NCBI RefSeq assembly: GCF_006345805.1
Contig: NC_042997.1
Span: forward strand, 25,482,001-25,546,000
Reading direction: 5' to 3'
Length of the DNA stretch: 64,000 nucleotides
DNA from: Octopus sinensis
Lineage: Eukaryota
A program made the translations under genes and the position numbers. This document shows, one piece after another, positions 11,955-25,990 of the stretch; positions within the stretch are counted from its first letter, which is position 1; each line of letters starts with the position of its first letter. The notes beneath the pieces are model-generated. The model was not told where the DNA came from and ran no database searches. It saw only the letters and a list, made by a program, of their open reading frames with translations.

Positions 11955-12814
11955 AATGATTTTGATGACTATGCAATAAATGGCAATCAGAAGGGGAAAT
12001 GTCCGGCGAATATGGTAGATGAGGCATTGTCTTCTATTCAAGCTGTTCCTGCATTTCAAATGTCATACTCGCTTTATGTGGCCCTGATGGAAGAACAATT
12101 TTCGTCTTGAAACCAAAGATGGTCGTTTTGATTCAAGCGCTAATTCAGGCCGCTGAAGATGCTCGCTGTAGATCTCTTTAGTTATCGTTTGGTTTGGCTT
12201 TAAAATTTCAAAGTGGACAAAACCTTTCTTATTCCACAAACAGATGACAATACCTTATGTGCGTGAATACCTTCTTTAGCCTGGGTAGCCGGTGTTTCTC
12301 CTTTCGCTACCCACCATCTTCTGTGCTTGACATTTTTATACAGAAGCCATTTCTCGTCACCAGTCACTATCCGGTCCCAAAACGGTTAATTCGTGAAACG
12401 CGACAGCAAAGAGAAGCATACATTCACTCTATGCGCGATTAGACTCGGGAAGTTTGTGAGGAACCCACTGACTCAATTTGCTGATTTTTCTGATGGCACG
12501 TAGGTGTCGATGTAAGGTTGATTGACCAAATCCAAGCTTTTCTGCTAGTACATCAACAGTTAAGATGGGATTTTGTTCCACCAGGCGTTGCAGGACGTCC
12601 TCGTCGAGTTCTACAGATCTTCAAGGACGAGGCTCGTTTTTGTAGGTTATAGTTTTAGGCTCGGAATTTCTGGACCCACCGGTGAAACTGGCGTACGCTT
12701 AGTGTCCAATCCTCATATACTGCATTAATATTTCTCGCACTTTCTGTCGTGTTGTTGACTTCATTGAACTCATAAAGCAAAATATGCCGGATATCCTCCT
12801 TATCTCACTTCCAT
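11955..12814 (-). pseudogene. Mariner (Tc1/mariner) transposase pseudogene
   Basis: IRHILLYEFN...ESARNINAVY...RWVQKFRA; DRIVTGDEKWLLY; FEILKPNQTIT; PHLPYSPDISPSDCHL (YSPDLAP motif); contains stops and frameshifts; probable 5' TIR remnant near 13208-13226. Confidence 0.92.
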
Positions 12815-12894
12815 TATAGCTTTAAAAAATAGCTGTTAAAATCGAACTGCACTCTTTAAAATTTGCATTATGAATAAGGACAAAGTATGATTAC

Positions 12895-13107
12895 TAAAGT
12901 TAATCGAAACAAGAAAGCACAAAAAAACACAACAACGCGAGGACGTGGAACAGATATAGTATTATTGGACGCTCAGGAAAGAAGGAAAGAAGGAGGGTTT
13001 AACGTTTCGAGCGGAGCTCTTCGTCGGAAACATAGGCGAAGGAAAGATCCAGAGAAGGGACGACAGAGGAAAAAAATCGCCAACGGTACACACGCGGTCA
13101 CATTCTG
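12895..13107 (-). mobile_element. Short Penelope-like/retrozyme-like repeat (family P1) inserted in the mariner 5' region
   Basis: Homologous to 18125-18325; carries gtttccgacgaagagctccgctcgaaacgttaaac on the minus strand. Confidence 0.7.
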
Positions 13108-14010
13108 AATGGTTACTACCTGCTTTTGAATGATTACTACCTGCTTTTATAGCAAGCTAGTGCAGGTAGTTTATCCCGTACCCCTCCGACTTCCAGTTCA
13201 TGCAGTTGAAAAAACCGGATTATTTGCCTTTTTGCTGTTGTTTGGTCTTACTAATTCAATCAAACTGCTTTGGAGAATAATATAACTCACTACAAGTATC
13301 ATTAATGACTCAATCTTTTTAAAATGCTATTCCTACACTACTCTATCATCTGTGTATCTTGTACACAACTCAATTAATTCTTATATAATTGGAAGTCTGT
13401 GTTTCGTCTAAATCTCTTCTCCCAATTATTTTAACTAACATGATATTACTGTTTTTATTCAGATTCTTTATATTGACTATAACCTTTGAAGTACACCATA
13501 GGGGCATCTGTATCCGAGAGCGGTCAGTCAACAGCTGAAGCGACAAGAAGAATAACACGAATATCTCAAGCAACAATATTACAGAATTATCATCACCACC
13601 CAAAAGAAGACTTCCACAAATATACCCGTTCATGAATGAAGAGAAATACCAGCCCAACCACTTTTACATTTAAGTCTTAGTCGGAGATTGAATAACAGTG
13701 CCAATAACATGTTCCTCGAGAGGTATTGGACGAAGTTCCTCAAACCAGAGACAGGGCACGAAAGCGTGTGAAGGACATTCCAGGAACAGGCGTTTATATT
13801 AAACAGGCGTTCATATTAAACCTGAAAACTGAGAACAATTTGAGACTGATAAATTACTATCAGGTATCTTGTCCGACGCGCGAGCAAATTCCATCAACGC
13901 ACTGTTCTGATATATTTAATATATTGTCCTCTAAAGGTCAACGTTTATCTCTGTGGAGCGTGTCAATCGCCAAAAATAACTCAGAGCATTTTGCGTAGTC
14001 GCTCTAAGAT

Positions 14011-14248
14011 ACCTATTTCTTTATTACCCACAAAGGGCTAAACACAGAGGGGACAAACAAGAACAGACATAGGTATTAAGTCAATTACATCGACCACAGT
14101 GCGTAACTGGTACTTAATTTATCGACCCCGAAAGGATGAAAGGCAAAGTGGACCTCTGTGGTATTTGAACTCACAACCTAACGCAGACGAAATATCGCTA
14201 AGCATTTCGCCCGGCTTGCTAACGTTTCTGCCAGCTTGCCGCCTTAAT
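14011..14248 (-). mobile_element. SINE family C, tail type 1, with 12-bp TSD
   Basis: TSD TCGCTCTAAGAT at 13999-14010 and 14249-14260. Confidence 0.93.
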
Positions 14249-14516
14249 TCGCTCTAAGATTTCGTTGCCATGCACCTGCGAGCTAACATACTTAGTATTG
14301 TTTATTTCTTGTATTTGATGTCAATTCCTGACTCTGCTCTGTTTGGCATACAATCATAACACCGATTAATTAAACATCTCAAAAAATTAAACATCCCCCT
14401 TTTCGATGAACTAAAATCGCGCTGCATTTGTTCATGTGCGTGTGTAAGCTGAATGTTTAACAAACGAACGCGCGTGCGCACATACACACATACATACACA
14501 CATATATATATATATA

Positions 14517-14672
14517 TATACGGTAGGCTTGCTTCGGTTTCCATCTACCAAATACCCTCACGGGGCTTTGGCCGGCCCGAGGTTAATGTAGAAGACACAT
14601 ACCCAAGATGCAACGCAGTGAACTGAACCTGGAACCAAGTGGCTGAGAAGCAATCTTCTTATCATACAGCCA
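14517..14672 (-). mobile_element. SINE family D, 5' half, degenerate
   Basis: tttccatctaccaaat...ggctttggccggcccgagg...gaagacac...cccaag..gc.acgcagtg matches family D. Confidence 0.8.
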
Positions 14673-15076
14673 AACTGCATCTCTCATTATCTTTCTCTCT
14701 TTCTCTCTCTCTCTCCCCCTCATTTACACACAATGCACACACACACACATACACACATGCACATACATGCAAAAATACACAAATACACACACACGCACAA
14801 ACGCGCAGACAGAGAGAGACACACACACACATACACACATACACATATATCTCATTTGTATCAATAGGTGTATCAATGTAAATGACACAAATACTCTGAT
14901 GCGTTCCAATACGTACATCATTCAAATATACGGAAACACGAATTCATTAGTTTTTCAAGAAAGATTCTATAAAAACATAAGATGAAGTCTTTTGACTTTA
15001 TAGCTTTTCTTTACTTACCAAGATTCAATCGTCAAAGACCACATCATAACAAAAGAAGTTTGCCGGGAGGTAAATG

Positions 15077-15139
<63 letters not shown>

Positions 15140-15240
15140 ATGTGTGTGTGTGTGTGTGTGTGCGTGTGTGTGTGTGTGTGTGTATGTGTGTGTGTTCACA
15201 GAGAGAGAGAGAAAGAATGATAGAGTACACATTTTCCCTC

Positions 15241-15273
<33 letters not shown>

Positions 15274-15281
15274 ATATATAA

Positions 15282-15325
<44 letters not shown>

Positions 15326-16087
15326 TATTATATACATTATATATACATTATATATATATATATACATTATATATATATATACATTATATATATACATATA
15401 TATATATATGCACAAAATAAACAACAATAAAACGAAGAAAATTAGTTTCATTGTTTCTCCTATATCTTATTGATTGGAGCAAAAGAATAGTCCATCAGAC
15501 ACATTATATACATTTTCCATTGATGGTACCGACTCTCTTCAAATACATAACCTCGTACTGCAAACTTGTTTACTGGAAATAAGAATCCATTTCATTATAT
15601 AGTAAGCAATTTGTGATTCCTTGTATACAGTTGCCATGCTGTTGGATGGCAATCCTATGGTAAACGAAATAGGAACAAAGTATAGGAAGATCATTAAAAA
15701 CCATCTTCTCAAAACTGCTCAATTTTTTCAAGCATACATTCAGTTCCTTTCTGTTTTTATTCTTCATAGTTTCTCCTAGTTTTATCTTTTATGTTTTTTC
15801 CACAATAGAAAAAAGTCTTACTTTCTGACCTTGAGGCTTTTATAAGTGAATAGACTTGTATTTGAGATAGTAACACTGTATTACATCATGAGAGAACTTT
15901 CGTCTTTAATTAAATGACATTTCGTCAAATCTCTGTTAAAGAAGTATATGTAACAGACTCCATGATATAACAATGTCGCACCATACAGTTCCACAATTAT
16001 CTTTGTAGAAAAATACGTAACTTTCACATACTGATATGAATTTATATGTAAGCGTATATGCGTATACATATATACATGCATACATGA

Positions 16088-16171
<84 letters not shown>

Positions 16172-16395
16172 ATTTATATATTTATACTCGTGAATACGTA
16201 TAAATGTGCGTATATTTATACACATATATATATGTATATATACGTATTCATGTGTATAAATTTATATAAATGTTTTATACATATACACAATCACTTACAC
16301 GCACACAAACACACATACACACTCATATATATATGAGTGTGTATGTGTGTTTGTGTGCGTGTAAGTGATTAAATATATATATATATAATATATAT

Positions 16396-16485
<90 letters not shown>

Positions 16486-17261
16486 ATGCGAGTCAATTGT
16501 AGTATGGAATTAAACATACTATCCATCAGTAACCTTAATCATTTCGGCGTGAAAATTGTCAGAATCTAGCTGGTATCAAGCCAGCGTTTCTAATTAATTT
16601 TCTTATATCAAATGATATTCCTTGATTGCAATATACTAGATGAGAAATACCAATTCTATGATGGCACAATTCGATAAATAGATTTTTTTCTTTTTTTTTT
16701 TTGGTAATGTACTTAATACCCGAATGTAAGAGACAAACAATTTCTAAAGTAAACAACTATTTTTTTTTACTAGTAAACAACTGATACTTTTTTTAATTAT
16801 ACATAATACCTAATAATTCTTGTCCTTGCCAAACAGACGGTGATATATATAAAAGTTAATGAGTGAACATCTTGGTGGTTGCTCGATACGCAAGAAGTAA
16901 CGAATGAATCAAAATTCACTCAATCACTGTTAGCGTTAAAATGAAAAATATCAAACTGAGGTGAATGAACAAGTATTTCCGGAGATATGATCAATCAGAA
17001 CTGATTGGAAACCAAATAAGAGTCAGTCGTTGTGATTGATAAATAGAGAATTTATTCGTAATCCCCATTTGATATCAGGGTAGACAAAATGATATTTTTG
17101 CCCCCAGAAATTTTGCATCTTAATTCAGTGAAATCATTTGTTTCCTGTTAATAAACTCGCGTATAATTTTACTGGATGTATAACAGGTGCATAGGTAATG
17201 TTCGGTTGATAGTGTTCAATTTGTTGGTCGTTTAACGTACTAACTGCTTTCCAGTGTGGAT

Positions 17262-17363
<102 letters not shown>

Positions 17364-17719
17364 TATATATGAGAGAGGTATTGGTACCGCGAAGACCCAA
17401 GATGGTAGGAAAAGCAATGTAGGTGCTACGGAAGGACCGTAGTTCGTCTCTCGGTTCGATAATAATACGAGTGAAGAATCTAAATGTCCTATTAATTCCA
17501 CACAGCCTTGTCTTTATTGCCTTATTGTATTTAACACACACACTCATAAACCTACACACACATACACACGCACAAATATATTGATGGATAAATAGATAAT
17601 GTATGTATGTTTGTCTGTGTGCGTATGCATGCATGTGTGTGTCTGTGTGTACTTAAGAGATTCGTCATGATGAATCCGAGAAGGGGTGAAATAACTCATT
17701 AAGTACTATTTATATAATC

Positions 17720-17783
17720 TTTCTTCTTCTTCTTCTTCTTCTTCTTCTTCTTCTTCTCTTCTTCTTCTTCTTCTTCTTCTTCT

Positions 17784-17833
<50 letters not shown>
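17720..17833. repeat. (CTT)n microsatellite
   Basis: Direct reading. Confidence 0.98.
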
Positions 17834-17874
<41 letters not shown>

Positions 17875-18029
17875 TTGTGTGTATATATATATATAATTTA
17901 AAAATAGGATAAAATCTTTATAAGAATTTATCAAGTAGTTAGCGTTTACTTATTTTGGTAGTTTTTACTTTAAGTGTCCCTCCTTGCGTGTGGCATTTAT
18001 GTAAAGTAATGCCCTCTATATAATATTTT

Positions 18030-18325
18030 TTTCTTTGCTTTCCACTATACTTCTTCCACGTCCTCGCGTTGTTGTGTTTTCTCTTTGTGTTTTCCTGTTT
18101 GGATTAACTATATATATATATTCAAAATGTGACCTCGTGTGTACCGTTGACGATTTTTCCCCCTCTGTCTTCCCATCTCTGGATCTTTCCTTCTATGTTT
18201 CCGACGAAGACTTCCGCTCAAAACGTTAAACCCTCCTTCTTTTCTGAGCGTCCAATAATACTATATTTGTTCCACGTCCTCGCGTTGTTGTGTTTTTTTT
18301 TGTGCTTTCTTGTTTGTATTAACTT
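18030..18325 (+). mobile_element. Family P1 repeat: a partial 3' unit followed head-to-tail by a full unit, bounded by (TA)n
   Basis: ccacgtcctcgcgttgttgtgtttt occurs near 18056 and 18272; unit homologous to the reverse complement of 12895-13107. Confidence 0.75.
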
Positions 18326-18911
18326 TATATATATATATCTATCTATATCTATATCTATATATATATATATATATATATATACATACACACACGCACACAC
18401 ACTCACATACACGCGCGCATATGTTTGATTGTCAAATAAATTCATTTTATCATGTTTTCCCATAATTAAACTTATTTTCTAATTTTCGTCCTACACTCAT
18501 GCACACCTTTCTCAATGCCTCCTATAGAAGACGAATATGTCAATGGAGACAGCTTGAATCTTATGTAAGATAAGTCAATATTCGTGAAGATAACTGAAAT
18601 ATATTGGGCACCTTTGATAATGGGGCACCTTTGAGAAAAATACAGTGAATTTGACCATGCCTTTTGAGAAAGACCTAAATAAACAAGAAATATCAAAACA
18701 GAAAATAATGAAATTAAGCTCTATGGATCTTTTATAATTTTCTTTTTTACTATATTTATGTATTTTAAGCATATAACTTATTCTATCGGTAAGAAGCCAC
18801 CGACGTTTGTGTAGTCATGGTGGTGGGGAGCACAGACATTAAGAGCCATACATATAGATGAGTACACACAGACACAGACAGACACACACACACACACACA
18901 TATATATATAT

Positions 18912-19105
18912 GTTAGCACGCCGGGCGAAATGCGTAGCCGTATTTCGTCTGCTGTTACGTTCTGAGGTCAAATTCCGCCGAGGTCGACTTTGCCTTTCAT
19001 CCTTTCGGGGTCGATAAATTAAGTACCAGTTACGCCCTGGGGTCGATGTAATCGACATAATCCGTTTGTCCCCTCTGTGTTTTGCCCCTTGTGGGCAGTA
19101 GTGAA

Positions 19106-19107
<2 letters not shown>
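18912..19107 (+). mobile_element. SINE family C, tail type 1, 5'-clipped
   Basis: gttagcacgccgggcgaaatgc...gccgaggtcgactttgcctttcatcctttcggggtcgataaattaagtaccag. Confidence 0.9.
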
Positions 19108-19142
<35 letters not shown>

Positions 19143-19144
19143 AA

Positions 19145-19280
19145 TCGAGCTTCCAGTTAGTGTCCGTCTATCAATTTCAATAACAAGACATTATCCGGCA
19201 CAGGGCTATAGTAGAAGACACTAAACACGAAGTCACATGGTTGCAAAGCATGCTTCTTAGCCATACAGCCACACCTGAGC
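19145..19280 (-). mobile_element. Degenerate SINE family D fragment
   Basis: ggctatagtagaagacact...cacatggttgcaaagc...catacagccac. Confidence 0.65.
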
Positions 19281-19655
19281 TTATTTTGTTAGTCATCTTT
19301 TCAAATTATTAACTTGTCACCGAAATTGTCTATTTTCAGCAGGTCTTGTTAGTCACGCAAATATATATGAACCAAAATGACTCTACTAATGAAGCTTTGT
19401 TACCAAAAATAACACGTCTGCAATAATGAAATCAACGTTACTATTCTTATATAACTAATTTTACATCTCTTGAAAATGATTTATCTTTCTTATAAACTTA
19501 TTTCTTCTTTTATTAACATCTTTTATAACCAATATGTGGATGAAGACACTGTTGATGATCACAGAGAACAGAGATAAAATATGGCGAGATGGGAAAAGAG
19601 AGAAAGTGAGACAGCTGGTGTAAAATAGGTAACCCTATATTATTAAGAAATGTGG

Positions 19656-19860
19656 AAGGCGGTGAGCTGTCATAATCGTTAGCACGCCGGTCAAAATGCT
19701 GAGCAGCATTCAGTCCGTCTTTTCGATCTAGGTTCATATTCCACCGAGGTCGACTTAGCCTTTCATCCTTTCGGGGTCGATAAATTAAGTACCAATGAAT
19801 TACTGGGGATCTAGTCCCTTCCCACAAAATTTGATGCCTTCTGCCTTTACTAGAAAGGAT
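19656..19860 (+). mobile_element. SINE family C, tail type 2, with probable TSD ATTATTAAGAA
   Basis: Family C body; ATTATTAAGAA on both flanks. Confidence 0.88.
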
Positions 19861-19929
19861 TATTAAGAAGTGCAAATTTACTAGTAAGGTGCACCAGCTG
19901 AAACGAAAATATTTGATCAGTCTACCCCA

Positions 19930-20720
19930 TGGTCCTAGCGGACTAAATGGAAAGGGCGTTGTCCCGACGGTTTGCAAGGAAGACGCACTGGAAGAGCCAG
20001 TTCACCCCGAAGACTTTGTTCTTCCTGATAGCCATCTCCACCCCGATAGCAGTAACCAGGGATGTAGCACGGAAGGCCAGGTTCGGTGGAGGTCTCTGTT
20101 GCCACAGGCTCGATCACAAATTTAGCAGTTTGCTCGGCCTCAGAAGCAGCGAAGCCTGGGCTGGCAGCCGAACAGACCAGGCTCCCACTAGAGAAGGGGG
20201 AAAAGTTGTGACAGCATGTAGCATCCCAGATGAAGATCCTATCACCTCGGAACGGGAAAATTTGCATACCGTCTTTACTTTCCCCTTTGCTCGGCCAATT
20301 GGTGATGATAAATGACATAGGAATGTACACAATACCTGATACCTTAAGACTACATTCAATCTCAGATGAATCACTTATATGATAGCTGAAGTGAAAGCTA
20401 ATAACCATCGGCTCGGTTAACATCATCTTCGATTTTCAGCTATGATTAAGAGATAGGCATATACATTGCTGTGTCGTCTTCCATTACATGATTGCGTTGT
20501 GTGGACGCCCCCAGACCATGAAGTAAGCCAGCCCAATACGTAGATATAGAGGGAGAAATCTAGACGTGGGGGGTTGAGTAGAGGGCATCCGAACGTGCGA
20601 TATAACAGTGGCGACGAGGATGAGATGCTCACACAGCCACTGTTTAGTATTGCGATATAACAGATTGGTTAAGTGATTAAAAATATTGTCCTGCAGCTGT
20701 TAAATCCGGATTTTAATACC
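19930..20720 (-). mobile_element. CRE-like non-LTR retrotransposon remnant (zinc knuckle plus restriction-like endonuclease)
   Basis: GVH..QSCNGRRHSNV; DGMQIFPFRGDRIFIWDATCC...PGFAASEAEQ; EPVATET; WLFQCVFLANRRDNALSI (cf. FQRISLAIQRGNA). Confidence 0.75.
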
Positions 20721-23700
20721 ACAGCATAGTGTTTCGGCAAGATTCTTTAGCATAGCTTAGCAGCGAAGAAAAATTGGGGTTCACAATATATAAATGACAA
20801 CATTATAGAAGATCACTGGATTGATTGTGCATGTAATATATAATCTAGGGTTGTCATATAGTGACAGGCTGATTCTACTTGTAAACTTACATAAACGGTA
20901 TACGAGTTTATGAAATACGCAGCCATGTTTAAAATGTAATGACTCACGCGTCGAAATCAAAGTGAGAGAATGCGATACATATGCGTACATACAGACGCAC
21001 ACTTATAAATGTACACACACACACACATACTCACACACACATATATAAGCGTCTGTATAATTATTTTCATATATATATGTATATATATATATTATATATA
21101 TATATATATGCATAAAAATAAAGCGTGTACATGTGTGTATATGTGCGTATATATAGTATATATAGTATAATATATGCATATGCATATATATTGCATATCT
21201 CTCGCTCCCCCTTCTCTCTATGTATATATATACATAATTTATATACATATGTGCGTAATATACGTATGTATCTTATATATATATATATATATACGATTAT
21301 ATATATATATATATATATATTGTATACATATATGTATTGTATATATATATATTGTATACATATATATACACCTATCTTATGCTAATGAATGTATATATAG
21401 CTGTATATATATACACCTTATATTGTGTTGATACACTCACACACGCACATATATAAGCATATACACGCACACATATATGGGCAGCTTTACTGCATAATTT
21501 CATGTTAGCTTCATTTATTTCCCGGTCATTTCACTATACCCAAACGGGAAGGTCATGTAATTTGTAATTTGCTTTTTCGTTCCTGCTACAGAAGAATATT
21601 TTTCGAAATAAACAATATAAATATGACTTAGATTAGACGTCAAAATCTCTGGAAGATAGATCCATCCGTACCAACGCAAGAAAAATTATTCTTCCTATTA
21701 ATACAATAGCCACAAACAACTAATAGAAGTTTTAAAGAAAGAAGAAAAAATATCAAAGAAAACGAGTGGAAAAATCAAGATGAAAAAAATGTAAGAAATA
21801 AAGAAAAAAGTGTTTAATTGAGGTCATATGAGTTCACATTTCTCTACCTGACCGGGCATCGATCGATTTAATTTGGTTTTCGATGTTTGCTATTTAACAA
21901 CGTCATTTCTGGAATGTGGATAATAAATTTCCGTTGCAAACTAAGAAATTAACAATAAGATTCAAGATTTATCGCGTTTTATCGATTTGAAGATGTCTTA
22001 TTTTTTGCAGGAAAACTTGTATCATGGAATGGTGCTTGTTTTCTATTCTACGAAAATTGCAAAAATTTTCATCTAACTAGCAGAAGCATGTTTATCAGAT
22101 CATGTTTATTTTTGTCTTTTTTTTATCAAATGAGTTTTACTCTACGCATCACGTGTAAAAGAAGAATGAATCTTATATAATATAAATAATAAACGTACAA
22201 AATATATGTTAAGATTATTACAAAATTTTAAATATATGAAAAGTTTTATCTCGGAAGATAATCGCATCGCTTCGAGTAATATCTTCGGCGCTAAGCCGTG
22301 ACTCAGGCAAAAGTGCTGAACTTTAAATGACATTGTCTGTCCCCTTAGCTGTAATTTACAATTTAAGTTCCGTTGAGGGTTCATTTAACTTCTAAACTCT
22401 TAGAGATTCTAGTGTAATAATTAACAAGCATTTCGTTAATTAGCAATTTTGAAGTCATTTTACGGTGGGTTCTTTCGGCATATATCTTTGATATAATTAT
22501 GTAGCATGAAATATCCCATAGCCTGACTCATATAAATGCCAACATTTCTGTAAATAGAATACGTGGAAAAAGGGATTATGATACTAGATCTAACACCAGA
22601 TTGAGTGTGTAAGAATATTAAGTAATTATATCTAGAAGAATATTTGGAGTAAAATCTGATTTCTCATTAAAAAAACTAGATGTGTCTTTTTATCATTCAG
22701 TTTTAGGTGACACAAATGTCACATTCGATAATATACATACATGTTAGAAACTCTCGTCCCTTCGACGAATGAGGGTTCAAGAAGATACGGCTAAAACGAT
22801 GCTCATTCCATGATCAGTTGTGTGCTGAGCCAAAGCTAACAATAGTATCCTATCTGTCCCCTGCTTGTGTGATATTTTTGATGTTAGTTTCTTGTGTAAC
22901 TGAAAAATCTTAAACTCCATTAGTACGTAAATTTCATACCCAGTTTTTCATTTCATTTCCAAAGGCGCAAATATGAGCATTTATACTTTCCGAGCTCTAT
23001 TTTTACCATGCTCCCACCTGGACATCAGCATCAATGAGTTCTACTTACATTTGTTCAGATTCTACCGCATTCACTTTTGCAAATACACGGGCAAGCCTGA
23101 AAATTCTTCGAACCACTAACAAGTATTTGATCATATTTCTTCCTACGTTTTTGGGTACCTATTCTATTTCATCTCGCTTTCTCTCTGCAGTCATTGAAAA
23201 TTCTCACACCGCTTACCTCTCATACTCTTCATATAAAATGCCACCGATGCAGAAATCAAAATATAACGAATATTCAAATTTCTACATCCGTAACTCTCAA
23301 TCCTCACCTACATAAGGAATTTCAACCGTGTTTCGTGGTCTGCTACCACAACAGCTCCTTTATAGGATCCAGTTAGCTCAATACATCATCAGGAGGAACC
23401 ACATCCGGTTTCGGTCCCAACGCCTCTACAGTTTTGACGTGGCACCCCCCCCCCCTTTCGGAGGTGTCTTCAGCTCTGGTGATAGGTGCATGTCTTCTTT
23501 CTTCTTTCTTCTGTTCCCTGGCCTCTTCGATGTAGCGTCAATGAGTGTCAGCGGACGACTGACTGACTTGACAAATGTTTTCCCTTTAAATACCTGCTGT
23601 TAGGCTCCAGCAGGCAGCCCCAGCAAGTTGTCACTTGACACTGTCTCAACTTAACTGACCAATAAAGGCGCGTGATGTCTGCCCAATCATCAAATCCGTT

Positions 23701-24542
23701 TTATAACAGATCATAGAGTTGTATATAACTATCAGATTCATCCGTATACTGTATTATAACCACTGCCCAACATATTATTTACGAGCTACGAACACTCCCC
23801 TACTGCTCATCTTGCACTTCAAAGTTGTCAGCGATATGCCTGTTCTTGGCATTGGCATGAACCACTGTTAGACTCAGCAAAAATAACTACACAGGTATTT
23901 AATTCTACTCTACATCACGTATCACATCCACAACAATGCTTACAATTTAAGGACTGAGTTTGATTTAGTTGCGTCTACATTTGCTATTTCATTCACTATG
24001 TAAAGGCTAGAATAATTGAAAAACCTTTCACTATAAGCTGGATCACACTTACCCAACAATATATCTCTTGCAAAACAATCACCAAAACTCGCGGAAGTTG
24101 TCTCTGTGCAATGCACAACTCAACTCACAAGTTCCCTCACCTACCAAATTACAAATATGTCAGTTGAAACCCGAAACGGGATACTGCTCCACCACAGTAC
24201 TCAATTTTGGGTAAATAGTTTGATTAGCAAAATCTCACTTAGGTCCGCATATCAGTTTCTTATTGTTATTTCTTTATTGTCCACAAGGGGCTAAACATAG
24301 AGGGGACAAACAAGGACAGAAAAGCGTGCTATCGTTTCTTATTTCTATATAACTTTATATCTGTTTCTTGTCCAGAAAGTTGTTGTTTGTTTTACTTGTC
24401 TTTTCTTATGTCTCCTGCCGCTCAAATATTGCTAGATTTTGTGATTCCTTTAGTCTGATGCATATATCACCTTCTGGCATCGCACTGTTCCCATCTACCT
24501 ACTAATAACATACCTGGTTGCCAAGGGTTATATGCATGCATT

Positions 24543-24928
24543 GTGGAGGCGCAATGGCCCAGTGTTTAGGGCAGCGGACTCGCGGTCGTAGGATCGCGGT
24601 TTCGATTCCCAGACCGGGCGTTTGTGAGTGTTTATTGAGTGAAAACACCTAAAAGCTCCACGAGGCTCCGGCAGGGGATGGTGGTGATCCCTGCTGTACT
24701 CTTTCACCACAACTTTCTCTCACTCTTACTTCCTGTTTCTGTTGTACCTGTATTTCAAGGGGCCGGCCTTGTCACTCTCTGTGTCACGCTGAATATCCCC
24801 GAGAACTACGTTAAGGGTGCACGTGTCTGTGGAGTGCTCAGCCACTTACACGTTAATTTCACGAGCAGGCTGTTCCGTTGATTCGGATCAACCGGAACCC
24901 TCGTCGTCGTAACCGACGGAGTGATTCC
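24543..24928 (+). mobile_element. SINE family A
   Basis: Near-identical to 8335-8721. Confidence 0.95.
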
Positions 24929-25637
24929 CCCACTAACATGAGCCGCACTAACATTTACGTGCAGATCTCCTGTCATAGTTTTTCCTGCAGTTCAAATGGA
25001 CTAAATAGCCCCATACCTTCGACAGTCACTGTATATTGGCTACAGCCTGCGAAAGCTGTGGGACCATTTGATCAGAAGATTGAGAAAACTCAGGTTGAAA
25101 TATTGAAATATAGAATTACAAAGAGATACCGAAGATAAAATGGTGCCTTATCATATTCATTGTATCTATTTATTTATTTCTATTTCTAACTGCCTATCTC
25201 TCTTCACACACACACAAACACACACACAACACACACACACACACACACACACACCACGCACAAACACACACACAAGCACACACACACACACACACACAAA
25301 TACACACACACACACACACCACGCACAAACACACTCACATATGTGAAAGGTGTATGTATTATTAGATAGATGAACATATGTAATGAGATAATGCAAATAT
25401 TTTAAGATGCATCGATATTAAAATTCATCTCCATATATTAATCACAGGAAATGTAAAAAAAAGTGTATAAAGGAAACCCAAATGAAACCATACAGAAGTA
25501 TATATGATTTACAATATTTTAAAGCATATATATATATACATATATATATACATATATATAATATATACATATATATAATATACATATATAATATATACAT
25601 ATATATATATACATATATATAATATATATATATATAG

Positions 25638-25669
<32 letters not shown>

Positions 25670-25680
25670 TATATAATATA

Positions 25681-25990
25681 TGGCGCAATGGCCTAGTGGT
25701 TAGGGCAGCGGACTCGCGATCGTAGGATCGCGGTTTCGATTCCCAGACCGGGCGTTGTGAGTGTTTATTGAGCGAAAACACCTAAAGCTCCACGAGGCTC
25801 CGGCAGGGGGTGGTGGCGATCCTTGCTGTACTCTTTCGCCATAACTTTCTCTCACTCTTTCTTCTGTTGGCCTGCTCGCTTAGCCAACGGGGTGGCGTCA
25901 TTTGAAGGCTAAAACAATGCGAAGCGCATTGTGACCAGCGATGTGTAACAACATGTGATGACCTTGTAGGTCACGGTGATCACGGTGATA
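25681..25990 (+). mobile_element. SINE with family A head and a different 3' tail
   Basis: Matches family A up to ...aactttctctcactctt (~25858), then cttctgttggcctgctcgcttagcc...gcgaagcgcattgtgaccagcgatgtg...ggtcacggtgatcacggtgata. Confidence 0.88.

Noticed and set aside
17660-17700. atgatgaatccgagaaggggtgaaa, a degenerate hammerhead-like string
   Set aside because: Core lacks C3, and stems I and III cannot be formed
23000-23420. Possible Penelope GIY-YIG remnant
   Set aside because: Motifs too degraded to support by eye
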